Part shown: positions 47,425 to 57,509 of the stretch, in pieces
Position numbering within the stretch: position 1 is the stretch's first letter
Layout of the letters: each line of letters starts with the position of its first letter
NCBI GenBank assembly: GCA_035572015.1
Contig: DATNBP010000189.1
Coordinates: 12,979-76,978 of the forward strand
DNA from: Puia sp.
GTDB taxonomy: Bacteria > Bacteroidota > Bacteroidia > Chitinophagales > Chitinophagaceae
Length of the DNA: 64,000 nucleotides
Reading direction: 5' to 3'
Notes under the pieces: generated by a model
The model's input: the letters and a program-made list of their open reading frames with translations, nothing else
The model's database searches: none
What the model was told of the DNA's origin: nothing
Translations under genes and position numbers: made by a program

Positions 47425-48588
47425 CTACCAGGCAGCATCAAAGGCGTGCCGGAGATCGTCAATTATATAAGCGGCGTCCTCCAGACCGGTATATAGCCGC
47501 AACATCCGGTGTTCGGGGTTGTTTGCGTCAAATTCCTCGTTGGAAACCCCGGCGCACCGGGGCAGGATCAGCGATTCGTGGCCTCCCCAGCTTACCGCCA
47601 TGAATACGTGCCGCAGCGCCTCGCAGAAACGGACGATTTCCGGGCGGGAGTCCGCGTGAACATAGAAACTGATCAACCCGCAGGCGCCGGTCATCTGGCG
47701 GCGCGCGAGCGCATATTGCGGGAAATCCTCGTCCAGCGGGAAAAGGACTCGCTCCACCTGGGGATGGGATTTCAGGAAGCCGACGACTTCCCGGGTGCTT
47801 TTGCCGATCCGGTCCAGGCGTGCCGGCAGCGTTCGGAGTCCCCGGATCAGCAACCAGGCGTTGAAAGGCTGGATGCCGCTCCCGATATTCAGGTATTCGC
47901 TGTCGAAGATCTTTTTCATCATCTCCCGGGTGCCGCAAAGCACCCCGCCCACGGTATCGCTGTGGCCCCCGATATATTTCGTCGCCGTCTGCATGCTGAT
48001 ATCGATCCCCAGCCCGATCGGGCGCTGGTAGAGGGGCGTGCAATAGCTGTTGTCGACGATCGTGACGATCCCCTCGGACCGGGCAAGCTCGGCGACGGCG
48101 GAGAGGTCCTGGATCCTGAAATCCCAGGAATTGGGGGACTCGAGATAGATCAGGCTGGTCGAAGGAAGGATAGCCCGCTCGAAGTCTTCGATCTGCGTGC
48201 CTTCGACATAGGTCGTACTGACGCCAAACCTCGGAAGGACCACGTCGAACATGCGCTGGGCCCAGGTATAGGGCCGGCTGACCGAGACGATATGGTCGCC
48301 GCCCTTCACATTGGCAAGGACGGCCGCAAAGGTAGCGGCCGCGCCGCTGTTGAATACCAGGCAATCTTCGGCGCCGTCGAGCGCCGCCAGCTTCTGACGG
48401 AGGATCTCCACCGTCGGGTTCAGACCGCGGCTATACAGGTACCCGCTGTACTCATCCTCGAAGAGTGCCTTCAACTGGTCGACCGTCGACACGCGGAAAT
48501 TGCTCGTCTGTACGATGGGCGGGGCCACCGCGTTGAAATAGTGCTCGCGATCCTCGCCCAGTTCGTTGATGATATAGGAAATATCCAT
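47425..48588 (-). CDS. Cys/Met metabolism PLP enzyme (cystathionine gamma-synthase/lyase or methionine gamma-lyase family)
   Basis: PPIVQTSNF, YSRGLNPT, LESPNS, VDNSY, TATKYIGGHSD (PLP Lys), SWGGHESL. Start ATG 48588. Confidence 0.9.
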   Translation of the reverse strand: MDISYIINELGEDREHYFNAVAPPIVQTSNFRVSTVDQLKALFEDEYSGYLYSRGLNPTVEILRQKLAALDGAEDCLVFNSGAAATFAAVLANVKGGDHIVSVSRPYTWAQRMFDVVLPRFGVSTTYVEGTQIEDFERAILPSTSLIYLESPNSWDFRIQDLSAVAELARSEGIVTIVDNSYCTPLYQRPIGLGIDISMQTATKYIGGHSDTVGGVLCGTREMMKKIFDSEYLNIGSGIQPFNAWLLIRGLRTLPARLDRIGKSTREVVGFLKSHPQVERVLFPLDEDFPQYALARRQMTGACGLISFYVHADSRPEIVRFCEALRHVFMAVSWGGHESLILPRCAGVSNEEFDANNPEHRMLRLYTGLEDAAYIIDDLRHAFDAAW

Positions 48589-48590
48589 AT

Positions 48591-49928
48591 TTAGTTCTTG
48601 ATTGCCAGGCCCTTGCCGGCCCGGATGACAAAATACAAACCAAAGCAAATGCTGAAAATCCCCGCGCCGAACAGCGCGGACCGCGGGTCCCCCCACACGA
48701 TGCTGGTGGCCACCCCGATATAGGCCAGGATGAGGACGAGCGGCACGAGTGGATACCATTTGATACGGTAGATATCCTGGTCCTCCCGGACCTTCCGGTG
48801 GCGGAGGATAAAGATAGTGGATGCCGACGTGGCAAAACCGATGCTATCCAGGAAAATCGTGTAGTTGATGATCTTATCCACGCGATCGCTGAAGAGCAGG
48901 GTGAGCACGATCGCCGCGGAAAAGGCGGTCAGCGACCAGACGATCACATCGCGCCGGGCAGTCTTCCTGGAAAAGGCTGCCGGCAGAATCCCTTCTTCGC
49001 TCATGGCGTACATGACCCGCGGGTTGCTCATCACCGAAACGTTCACATAGGCCAGGACCGACAGGAACATGAGGACCCGGAGGATCCTGTCGCCGGCCGG
49101 ACCGAACAGATGACCCATGAGCACCGCGGCGATCGAATCGGTGTTCTTCAGCTGGTCGAAGCCGATGACCCGGACGTATACAAAGTTGAGCAGCAAATAA
49201 AGGACGATCACCAGCATCACGCCATAGCTGATGCCGCGGGGGATCACACGCCCGGCGTCCCTGACTTCTCCCCCGAAATTGATCGTTTGCTGGTAGCCGC
49301 CATAGGTGAAGCTGACCGCAACCAATCCCAGGCCGAAGGCCTTCAGCCAGCCGAGTTGGGAACCGCCGGTCGCCGCCATGACCTTTCCGGTCGCAGCCGG
49401 CACGGGATAGTGGCCGAACAGGGAAGCGATCAGCAACAGGACGAGGAGGATCTTGAAGACCGTAAGAATGTTTTGCACCCGGCTGCTCATCCGCAGTCCA
49501 AGGAGGTTCACGAGATAGAAGCAGCCAACGGCGCCGGTGGTCACCAGTTGCTTGAACAGCCCGGGCGTGGGTTGGTGGCCAAAGAAAAAATTCCCGATGT
49601 ATTCCGCGCCGATGACGCCGACCGCTGCGGTAGACCCGGCGTTGGAGACAAGGATGATGCAGTTGATGGCAAAGGCGAGTGACGGATGATACCCGTAGGA
49701 GAAAATCTTGTAATATCCACCGGTTACCGGGTATCGCGAGCCGATCTCCGCATAGGTAAGACCGCCGCAAAAGGCGATCACGCCGCCGACTCCCCAGGCC
49801 AGGAAGAAAAGGGCCGGAGTGCCCGTACGGGCCGCCGCATCCACCGGCGTACGAAAAATGCCCATGCCGATGACCAGGGAGACGACGATCATCATGAGAT
49901 CGAAAAGGTTCAGCTGTTTCTTATTCAT
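48591..49928 (-). CDS. APC-family amino acid permease
   Basis: VIGMGIF, YAEIGSRYPVTGGYY, FTYGGY, about 12 TMs. Confidence 0.92.
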   Translation of the reverse strand: MNKKQLNLFDLMMIVVSLVIGMGIFRTPVDAAARTGTPALFFLAWGVGGVIAFCGGLTYAEIGSRYPVTGGYYKIFSYGYHPSLAFAINCIILVSNAGSTAAVGVIGAEYIGNFFFGHQPTPGLFKQLVTTGAVGCFYLVNLLGLRMSSRVQNILTVFKILLVLLLIASLFGHYPVPAATGKVMAATGGSQLGWLKAFGLGLVAVSFTYGGYQQTINFGGEVRDAGRVIPRGISYGVMLVIVLYLLLNFVYVRVIGFDQLKNTDSIAAVLMGHLFGPAGDRILRVLMFLSVLAYVNVSVMSNPRVMYAMSEEGILPAAFSRKTARRDVIVWSLTAFSAAIVLTLLFSDRVDKIINYTIFLDSIGFATSASTIFILRHRKVREDQDIYRIKWYPLVPLVLILAYIGVATSIVWGDPRSALFGAGIFSICFGLYFVIRAGKGLAIKN

Positions 49929-50042
49929 CGGGGGGCGGGTAATGCTCCGGTTGAAGATAATGATTATTCCGTTCTGCCCTTAATTCACTCATTCTGTTTT
50001 ACCTTTAAACCGCTGTTCCCGACCATCACTTATCCATTCCGA

Positions 50043-52130
50043 ATGATGAAGATCAACTGGCTGCTGGCTGTCCTGCTGTTCCACTCCGCCAACCTGCTCG
50101 CGCAGGCATCCGCTCCGCCGGATTTTCTCACTGATTCCTCGGACACGCGGCCGTTGCATGAGGCGATGGTAAAGGCATACCTGCAGAACAGGAAGCTGAT
50201 CGATGTCGGTGCACCCGTAGCCGTTGTCGGCAAGGCAACGCTCGACCGCTTTGGTAACGGAAGTATCCTGCCTGCCATCAATCTCACTCCCGGCGTACGG
50301 ATGGAGGAGCGTTCGCCCGGCAGCTACCGGCTGAACATCCGCGGGAGTTCGATCCGCTCGCCATTCGGGGTCCGCGATATTAAGATCTATTATAACGAGA
50401 TCCCGCTGACCGACCCCGGGGGTAACACCTATCTGAATGAACTGGGCTTCTACAATTTTCAATCGATCGAAGTGATCAAAGGGACTGCCGGCAGCCTGTA
50501 CGGCGCGGGCATCGGGGGAGCCGTCCTCATCAGTTCCATGCCCGCGGTCTGGGAAAAGGGCGGGAGCCTTGACTATACCGGCGGCAGTTATGCGACCAAC
50601 CAGACGAATATCAACCTGCGGCTGGGGGACTCGGACCACCGGAGCATCCTGTCCTACGACCACCAGACCAGCGACGGCTACCGGCAGCAGACAAAGATGC
50701 GCCGCGACGTCGCCAGTTGGGAGAGCCTGGTCCGGACAAGCGATCGCCAGACCATCCACGCCTACATCCTGTATAGCGACCTCTATTATCAGACACCCGG
50801 CGGCCTCACGGAAGCCGAATACAATTCCAACCCGCGGATGGCCCGGCCGCCGAAAGGGACTTCACCCGGTGCGGTGCAGGCGCAGGCCGCAATATTTCAG
50901 AAAAATTTCACTGCGGGCTTCAGCAATGCCTACCGGCTCGGCGGCCACTGGCAGAATACGACATCGGTATACGGGGCCTACACCGATTTCACCAACCCCG
51001 GGATCCGTGTCTACGAAAACCGCCAGGAGCCGCACGTCGGCGGCCGCACCGTCTTTCAGTATAAGACGGCCTGGGGCGCGACCGAGCTCCAGCTGAACGC
51101 CGGAGGCGAAGCGCAAAAAGGGTTTTTTGAAACCCGGGACTATGACAACAACGGCGGAGTGCCCGCGGCCTTACAGCTGGACGACAAACTCAACAACTGG
51201 ACCTATATGGGTTTTGCCCAGGCGGACCTACGGCTGCCGATGGGCTGGACGGTCACGGGCGGTGCGAGTTATAATGTCAACGCGCTCGATATGCTCGCGC
51301 TCACGTCGTCGCCGCCGGCCAGGAATTCCATCCGCTTTTCGAACAAGCTCGCGCCCCGCATCGCTCTGCTCAAAAAGCTCGGCCCCGATATGTCGGTCTA
51401 TGCCAGCGCAAGCCGCGGCTTCTCGACACCGACGGTACAGGAGCTGCAGAAAAGCAATGGCGTGGTGGGCCCGTCGCTGCAGCCGGAGAACGGCGTCGAC
51501 TACGAACTGGGGGCCCGGGCGAGCTTTTTGAACGGCCGGCTGTTCATCGACGTCGACGGTTTCATCTTCCATATCAGCAATGCGATCGTTCAGCGGATCG
51601 ATTCCAACGGGATCGCCTACTCCGTCAATGCCGGCGGGACGAACCAGCATGGCGTCGAGACCTTTGTGTCGTATCGCGTCGTCGATGCCCCCGGCAGGTT
51701 AGTCAGCAGTATCCGGTTGTTCGCCAGCCACGCCTGGCACGATTTTCATTATTCGGCCTTTACAAAGGACAGCTCCGACTATTCCGGCCACCGGCTGCCC
51801 AGTGTGCCCCCGCAAAGTCTGGTCTCCGGTCTCGACGTCGGCCTCGGGATCGGCGTCTATGCCAATGCCACCTACACCTATACGGATAAGATCGCGTTGA
51901 ACGACGCCAACACCTACTACGCCGGTTCCTACAACCTCGTCGGCGGCCGCATCGGTTTCCGGAAGATCGTGTCGCGATGGAAAGGGGATGTCTTCGCCGG
52001 GATCGACAACGCCGGCAATATCAAATACAGCCTCGGGGACGACTTCAACGCCGCGGTCAACCGGTTCTACAATGCCGCGCCCGGCCGGAACTATTTTGCC
52101 GGCCTGTCTATGAACTACGCTTTCCGGTAG
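50043..52130 (+). CDS. TonB-dependent receptor (YncD/PqqU-like plug)
   Basis: Signal MMKINWLL, RLNIRGSSIRSPFGVRDIKIY, IEVIKG..SLYG, C-terminal APGRNYFAGLSMNYAF. Confidence 0.9.
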   Translation: MMKINWLLAVLLFHSANLLAQASAPPDFLTDSSDTRPLHEAMVKAYLQNRKLIDVGAPVAVVGKATLDRFGNGSILPAINLTPGVRMEERSPGSYRLNIRGSSIRSPFGVRDIKIYYNEIPLTDPGGNTYLNELGFYNFQSIEVIKGTAGSLYGAGIGGAVLISSMPAVWEKGGSLDYTGGSYATNQTNINLRLGDSDHRSILSYDHQTSDGYRQQTKMRRDVASWESLVRTSDRQTIHAYILYSDLYYQTPGGLTEAEYNSNPRMARPPKGTSPGAVQAQAAIFQKNFTAGFSNAYRLGGHWQNTTSVYGAYTDFTNPGIRVYENRQEPHVGGRTVFQYKTAWGATELQLNAGGEAQKGFFETRDYDNNGGVPAALQLDDKLNNWTYMGFAQADLRLPMGWTVTGGASYNVNALDMLALTSSPPARNSIRFSNKLAPRIALLKKLGPDMSVYASASRGFSTPTVQELQKSNGVVGPSLQPENGVDYELGARASFLNGRLFIDVDGFIFHISNAIVQRIDSNGIAYSVNAGGTNQHGVETFVSYRVVDAPGRLVSSIRLFASHAWHDFHYSAFTKDSSDYSGHRLPSVPPQSLVSGLDVGLGIGVYANATYTYTDKIALNDANTYYAGSYNLVGGRIGFRKIVSRWKGDVFAGIDNAGNIKYSLGDDFNAAVNRFYNAAPGRNYFAGLSMNYAFR

Positions 52131-52177
52131 ATCGCGCCATGGGCGCAGGGGACGCCATGCCATGGCCGCCATGCGGG

Positions 52178-52939
52178 TCAGATGCCTGCCTGAGGCGACC
52201 GCGTGATCCGGATAGCCGTGGCGTAGAAATTGTTCGCGGCTCCCAGCACCTCGTACCGGATATAGTAGCTGCGCGTAAAGTCGTTCCAGGCCGCGAATTC
52301 GTGATTAGGAATGTTGAACTCGTCAAAAAGGATGATATCCCCTTCGCGCAGAAAAGGCGCAAGACTGGTCAGGGCAAACAAGGTGGAAGAATAGAGATCT
52401 GCATCCATGTGCAGGACGCGGGTAAAGGCGCTCTGGTCCGTCTTCGCTCCCCAGTCGCGGAGAAATTGATAGAGGGTATTTTGAAACAGGCCTTTAATAA
52501 ATGTACCGCGCGCGTCATCCATGAACGGGATATCGAAACTAAAAGCGCCCTTCTTGAAAAAATGCCAGTCTTCCGGGAGACCCTCGAAGGTATCGAAACC
52601 ATGGAACCGAGACTCCGGGTGATGGTTGGATTTCACCCACCAGGCGAACGAGGTGCCGCCCGCTACCCCGAATTCGAGATATTGAATGGGTTTCTGATCC
52701 AGGCCAAACTGACGGATTATATATTCATGAAGTTTCACGCGGTCCGTGTACCGGCGAAAGGGCCGGTAAAAATCGGAATATGGCGTTTTCCTGTAATGCG
52801 TATTCACCCAGGAAGTCAGCAGCGAAAAATTGGCGAGGAACCGGAACAGGAACCGAAAGGGAACGAGCAGGATCCCAAACCTTGAAACCAGCAGCAGATC
52901 CTTGACGAATGAGTTGGCCTTCCGGAAAAATTTTCCCAT
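52178..52939 (-). CDS. TylF/MycF-type class I SAM-dependent O-methyltransferase
   Basis: YLEFGVAGG, GFDTFEGLP, KGLFQNTL, HMDADLYSS, LFDEF. Confidence 0.85.
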   Translation of the reverse strand: MGKFFRKANSFVKDLLLVSRFGILLVPFRFLFRFLANFSLLTSWVNTHYRKTPYSDFYRPFRRYTDRVKLHEYIIRQFGLDQKPIQYLEFGVAGGTSFAWWVKSNHHPESRFHGFDTFEGLPEDWHFFKKGAFSFDIPFMDDARGTFIKGLFQNTLYQFLRDWGAKTDQSAFTRVLHMDADLYSSTLFALTSLAPFLREGDIILFDEFNIPNHEFAAWNDFTRSYYIRYEVLGAANNFYATAIRITRSPQAGI

Positions 52940-53018
52940 AATAGGGGGCAAAACTAACCAATTTTTCTATTACTTTTAGGGCTTTGGCCATGTACCGTCT
53001 AAACATGAAATTCAAACA

Positions 53019-53957
53019 ATGAAAACGCAACCCCTGACCGCCATCCTGGCGGCGGTCGCCCTGTCGATCGCATCCAGCTGCCAGAAACAAAATTCCGCGG
53101 CCCTGCCTCCCGCTCCCACCGTCAACGCAGGCACTTCTCAATCTGTCAAACTTCCAGTCGACTCCGCGCTGCTTTCGGGATCGGCTGCGGATGCCGCGAG
53201 CCGGATCAGCGGATATATCTGGAGCGAAATTTCCGGTCCCAACACGGCGACCATAGCCGATGACGGCTCACCCGTTACGGAAGTGAAGAATCTCACCGCC
53301 GGCTTTTACGTATTCCAGCTGATGGCTACCGATTCCCTTGGCCTGACCGGTGTCGACACAGTTAGCGTCACCGTCATCCAGCGCGACCCGATAACGGACA
53401 CGCTCCGCACTTTGTTTCCGGCTACGAGCTTCAGCCCCTACGAGACGATGTTCCTCGGGAATGCATCGATGCCACAGGGAAACAGCGCTTCACCTGAACT
53501 ACTTGCTGAAACCTGGACGATCAATGGCCTTGCCGTTTATGGCAGGTCCTTCTTCCAATTCAACATGACCTCCATACCGGCCGGGACTCCCGTGAAGTCG
53601 GCTATGCTTTACCTTTTTTCCGACCCGCAACCTGTCAACGGGGATTTGGTCCACGCGAACTACGGTTCTGCAAATGACTTCTATATCCGGCGCGTGGAAG
53701 GCAGCTGGGACCAGTCTCTGGGCTGGAACAATTTTCCGGTGACCGACACCACCGGGCAAGTCCATGTGCCGCAAACCAGTCAATCCACCCTCGATCTGAG
53801 CCTCGACGTAACCACCATGGTAAACGACATGCTCAGTAATGGTAACCATGGGTTCGAAATGGTACTGAATACGGAGCAGATCTATAACTCCCGGATCTTC
53901 TGCAGTTCCTTGTATTCCGACCACAGCAAGCATCCGTACCTTGTGGTGGTGTATTGA
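53019..53957 (+). CDS. Lipoprotein with PKD/K319L-like Ig domain and DNRLRE-type domain
   Basis: Lipobox IASSC, VNAG..Q, W.EISGP, GFYVFQL, RSFFQFN...SAMLYL...HPYLVV. Confidence 0.72.
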   Translation: MKTQPLTAILAAVALSIASSCQKQNSAALPPAPTVNAGTSQSVKLPVDSALLSGSAADAASRISGYIWSEISGPNTATIADDGSPVTEVKNLTAGFYVFQLMATDSLGLTGVDTVSVTVIQRDPITDTLRTLFPATSFSPYETMFLGNASMPQGNSASPELLAETWTINGLAVYGRSFFQFNMTSIPAGTPVKSAMLYLFSDPQPVNGDLVHANYGSANDFYIRRVEGSWDQSLGWNNFPVTDTTGQVHVPQTSQSTLDLSLDVTTMVNDMLSNGNHGFEMVLNTEQIYNSRIFCSSLYSDHSKHPYLVVVY

Positions 53958-53985
53958 TCATTGGAATGAACATCTTTAATAATGC

Positions 53986-54014
53986 GCACGGCCCGTTCGG
54001 CCGTGCTTTTTTTT
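53986..54014 (+). terminator. Intrinsic terminator
   Basis: GCACGGCC-CGTTC-GGCCGTGC followed by T8. Confidence 0.9.
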
Positions 54015-54033
54015 CAGCTACTTTTGTCCCGCT

Positions 54034-55188
54034 ATGACCTGCCATGCCCTTCGCAGACAGATATTGCTGTTATCCTCCGCCTTGCTGCTGTTCGCCTGCG
54101 GCGGGTCCGGCGGGCAGCACGTTGCGGCGGACTCCCCGGCCGCTACCGCGGAGGTCCGGTATGCAAAAGGCTTTACGATCGTCGACCACGCTGGCTACAA
54201 AGAGGTAAAGATCGCCAGCCATGCGGCGGGTTCGCGGGACACGCTGGAATACCTGTTGTTGCCGGCGGGTGCGGCAGTTCCCGGCGGTCACCCTGGGGCC
54301 CGTGTCATCCGCGTTCCGGTGAAATCGATGGTCGTAACGGGCTCGCCGCAGATCGCGGAGGCGGCGTTTGCGGGTGTCGCCGGCCGGATCGTGGGCGTGG
54401 GCAGCGGGCAGTATGTCTTCGATTCGCTGGTCCGGGAAGGGCTGCGCACCGGCCGGGTCCGGCAGGTGGAGGCGGAAGACGATCTCAACAACGAATTATT
54501 GATTTCGCTGCGGCCCGATGTGGTGATCACGATGACCAATCCCGACGCTGGCGGATCCCGGTACCGGACCTTACTGCAAGCCGGCATCCCGGTGCTTCCC
54601 GACGCGGACTGGCTGGAAACGACTCCGCTTGGAAAAGCCGAATGGGTCAAGCTGATCGGCGCCCTGACCGGCCGCGAGGATATCGTCAACCCGAAATTCG
54701 ATAGCATCGCCGCCGCCTATCAGCGGCTTGCGTCCATCGGCCGGTCGGCGCCGCAGCGGCCATCGGTCATCCTCGAAATGCCGTTCAAGGGCACCTGGTA
54801 CTTACCTGCCGGCGGCAGCTTTATGGCGGCCTTCCTGCGCGACGCGGGTGCGGACTATCATTGGGCCGGCACAAAAGGCGAGGGCAGCCTTGCACTGGAA
54901 TTCGAGGCGGTGGCGCCGGAAGCGCTGAAAGCGGATTACTGGCTGGACATCGGCGCCGTCGACTCAAAAAAAGAGATCCTGGCGAGGGATCCGAGGTTCG
55001 CCGCTTTTCATGCGTTCCGGACGGGCGCCTTGTTCAATTACAATCGACGCGTCAATGATGCCGGCTCCAATGATTATTGGGAATCCGGGGTGGTCAACCC
55101 GCAACTGGTACTCGGCGACCTGATCCGCATCCTGCACCCGGGCCTGCTGCCGCCGGACACGCTGGTCTATTACAAACAACTCAAATGA
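54034..55188 (+). CDS. btuF: ABC transporter substrate-binding lipoprotein, cobalamin/iron type
   Basis: Lipobox LFAC, YAKGF, PLGKAEWVK, NDYWESG..NP..VLGDL, in B12 cluster. Confidence 0.8.
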   Translation: MTCHALRRQILLLSSALLLFACGGSGGQHVAADSPAATAEVRYAKGFTIVDHAGYKEVKIASHAAGSRDTLEYLLLPAGAAVPGGHPGARVIRVPVKSMVVTGSPQIAEAAFAGVAGRIVGVGSGQYVFDSLVREGLRTGRVRQVEAEDDLNNELLISLRPDVVITMTNPDAGGSRYRTLLQAGIPVLPDADWLETTPLGKAEWVKLIGALTGREDIVNPKFDSIAAAYQRLASIGRSAPQRPSVILEMPFKGTWYLPAGGSFMAAFLRDAGADYHWAGTKGEGSLALEFEAVAPEALKADYWLDIGAVDSKKEILARDPRFAAFHAFRTGALFNYNRRVNDAGSNDYWESGVVNPQLVLGDLIRILHPGLLPPDTLVYYKQLK

Positions 55189-56228
55189 AGGAACGACCGA
55201 TCAAAAGACTCCGGCTTGGCGGACTGTTGCTCCTGCTGGTGCTGGCCTTCCTGCTGGACCTGTCGACCGGGTCGGTCCATATCCCGCTGAAAGGCATTGC
55301 CGGCGCGCTCTTTTCTCGTTCGGCCGCCAACCCCGCGTGGCATTTTATCATCGCGGGCATCCGGCTCCCCAAGGCCTGTACGGCCATTCTGGCGGGCTGC
55401 GGCCTATCGGTCGGCGGACTCCAGATGCAGACCTTGTTCCGCAACCCGCTGGCCGATCCTTCGATCCTGGGGATCACGGCGGGCGCCAGTCTGGGCGTGG
55501 CCGCCGTGATGCTGGCGGGCGGAAGCGTGGCTGCGCTCTATGCGATCGGCGCCATGGGGATGTCGGGCAGCTGGCTGATCATCGGAGCGGCCTGCATCGG
55601 GGCCGGCGCCGTCATGCTCCTCGTCCTGGCGCTCGCACGACGGTTACAGGACAACGTGATGATGCTCATCCTCGGCATCATGATCGGCAGCCTCACGCTT
55701 GCGCTGATCAGCATCTGGCAGTATTTCAGCAACCCGGAGGAGGTGAAGGACTTCCTGTTATGGACCTTCGGGTCGCTGGGCGGTGTGACCGGCGGTCAGT
55801 TGACCATCCTGGCCGCCGTCGTGCTGGCAGGGCTGGCCATCGCCTTTCTTTCTTCCAAAATGCTTGACGCGTTGCTCCTCGGGGAAAATTATGCGCGAAG
55901 CATGGGGTTGAGCGTGGGAACGGCGCGTTCGGTGATCATTTGCAGTACGAGCCTGCTCGCAGGCGGCATAACGGCCTTCTGCGGACCGATCGGGTTCGTC
56001 GGCATTGCCGTGCCGCATATCGCCAGGTTCCTGTTCAATACCGCGAGCCATCGCCGGCTGATCCCCGCTTGCTGCCTGATTGGCGCGACACTGCTGCTGC
56101 TTTGCGACGCGCTGGCACAACTGCCCGGCACGCAGTCCGCGCTCCCGATAAATATTATCACCTCGCTGGTTGGCGCGCCGCTGGTCGTCGCGCTGCTGTT
56201 GCGACAAACCACGATCCACGCATGGTAA
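55185..56228 (+). CDS. btuC: FecCD/BtuC-family permease
   Basis: IRLPK, QTLFRNPLADP, GENYARSMG, GPIGFVGIAVPH. Confidence 0.85.
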   Translation: MKERPIKRLRLGGLLLLLVLAFLLDLSTGSVHIPLKGIAGALFSRSAANPAWHFIIAGIRLPKACTAILAGCGLSVGGLQMQTLFRNPLADPSILGITAGASLGVAAVMLAGGSVAALYAIGAMGMSGSWLIIGAACIGAGAVMLLVLALARRLQDNVMMLILGIMIGSLTLALISIWQYFSNPEEVKDFLLWTFGSLGGVTGGQLTILAAVVLAGLAIAFLSSKMLDALLLGENYARSMGLSVGTARSVIICSTSLLAGGITAFCGPIGFVGIAVPHIARFLFNTASHRRLIPACCLIGATLLLLCDALAQLPGTQSALPINIITSLVGAPLVVALLLRQTTIHAW

Positions 56229-57244
56229 CCGTCACCGCTGCTCCCCGGGCGCAGCAGGGGACCCTCCTGGCAGCCCACGGGCTGCAAACAGGCTATGGCG
56301 CCGGATCGTCGGCGATCGTCGTCGCCCGCGAGCTTCCCGCGTTGGAGTTGAAGGCCGGCCGGCTCGTCTGTCTGCTCGGGCCAAACGGATCGGGTAAGTC
56401 CACGCTGCTTCGGACGCTGGCGGGCCTCCAACCCACACTGGCGGGGGAAATAACGATTGCGGGACTGGCCGACAGGTCGCCTTCCGCACTCGCCAAAAAG
56501 ATCAGTCTCGTGCTCACAGACCGGGTGCGTGGCAATCACCTGACGGTCTACACGCTGGTCGCACTGGGACGGTATCCCTACTCAGGGTGGCTGGGATCGT
56601 TGCACGCGGCGGACAAGGCGAAAGTCGGCTGGGCCCTGCAAACCGCCGATGTCGAAGCGCTGAAGGATAAGCCGATACACACCCTGAGCGACGGCCAATA
56701 TCAAAAAGTAATGCTCGCTCGGGCGCTCGCCCAGGACACGCCGGTCCTGATGCTGGATGAGCCGACAGCCCATCTGGACCTGCCCAGCCGCATCCGGCTG
56801 ATGCGCCTGCTGCACGGGCTTTCCCGTGACACGGATAAAGCGATCCTGCTGTCGACGCATGAACTGGACCTCGCCCTCCAGATCGCGGATGAGGTCTGGC
56901 TGCTTCAATCCGGCGGTCAGCTCCGGCAGGGAACACCGGAGGACCTGGTATTGAACGGCACCTTCGAAGCGGCGTTCGCGGAAGAAGACGTCGTGTTCGA
57001 TAAGGAGGCCGGCACCTTTCTGCTCCATCTGGCGCCGGGCAAGCCGATCGGTCTTTCCGGCGAAGGCACCGCGCTTTTCTGGACGGAACGCGCGCTCCGG
57101 CGCGCGGGATTCAAGCTGACCGCAGACGCGCCGTTGCAGGTGCGCGTGCGCTCAGGTCCCGGCGGCCCGGCCTGGGAAGTGGCCGGCGATGTGGTTGCCA
57201 CCGGAGTGGACAGCATCGAAAAATTGTTGCTGGCGATACGCTGA
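56222..57244 (+). CDS. btuD: ABC ATPase (FecE/BtuD-like)
   Basis: GPNGSGKST, LSDGQ, LDEPTAHLD, STH. Confidence 0.85.
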   Translation: MVTVTAAPRAQQGTLLAAHGLQTGYGAGSSAIVVARELPALELKAGRLVCLLGPNGSGKSTLLRTLAGLQPTLAGEITIAGLADRSPSALAKKISLVLTDRVRGNHLTVYTLVALGRYPYSGWLGSLHAADKAKVGWALQTADVEALKDKPIHTLSDGQYQKVMLARALAQDTPVLMLDEPTAHLDLPSRIRLMRLLHGLSRDTDKAILLSTHELDLALQIADEVWLLQSGGQLRQGTPEDLVLNGTFEAAFAEEDVVFDKEAGTFLLHLAPGKPIGLSGEGTALFWTERALRRAGFKLTADAPLQVRVRSGPGGPAWEVAGDVVATGVDSIEKLLLAIR

Positions 57245-57261
57245 AATGAATATCTTCGCAC

Positions 57262-57460
57262 CGGATTCGGTTGACGCCATGCGTCATTAAAAGGGAAGTC
57301 CGGTGAAAATCCGGCGCTATCCCCGTAGCTGTAAATGCTGCCGCCGACGGCCTCCCGGCCGGTTTGCGGAAATGACCTGTAACTCCTCACACCACTGTCC
57401 GCGCCATGCGGATGGGAAGGTACACAGGTCTGGCACGAGCCAGAAGACCTGCCTGATCCA
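57262..57460 (+). promoter_or_regulatory. Cobalamin riboswitch
   Basis: AAAAGGGAAGTCCGGTGAAAATCCGGCGCTATCCCCGTAGCTGT ... CCACTG ... GGGAAGG ... AGCCAGAAGACCTGCC (B12 box). TATCTTCG -7-like box at 57251-57258. Upstream of btuB. Confidence 0.95.
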
Positions 57461-57509
57461 TCACTTGATTTATTAACAGCTTTCGGGAGAAAAGCAAAAA
57501 TTAACTGCA

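Noticed and set aside
49686-50042. Extended N-termini in the ORF track (49686, 21019, 48759, 55077, 55940, 40473, 7494)
   Set aside because: They overlap neighbouring genes or promoters. Downstream starts give proper signal peptides or family N-termini.
57431-57446. TGGCACG sigma54-like motif
   Set aside because: Lies inside the riboswitch aptamer and has no -12 element.
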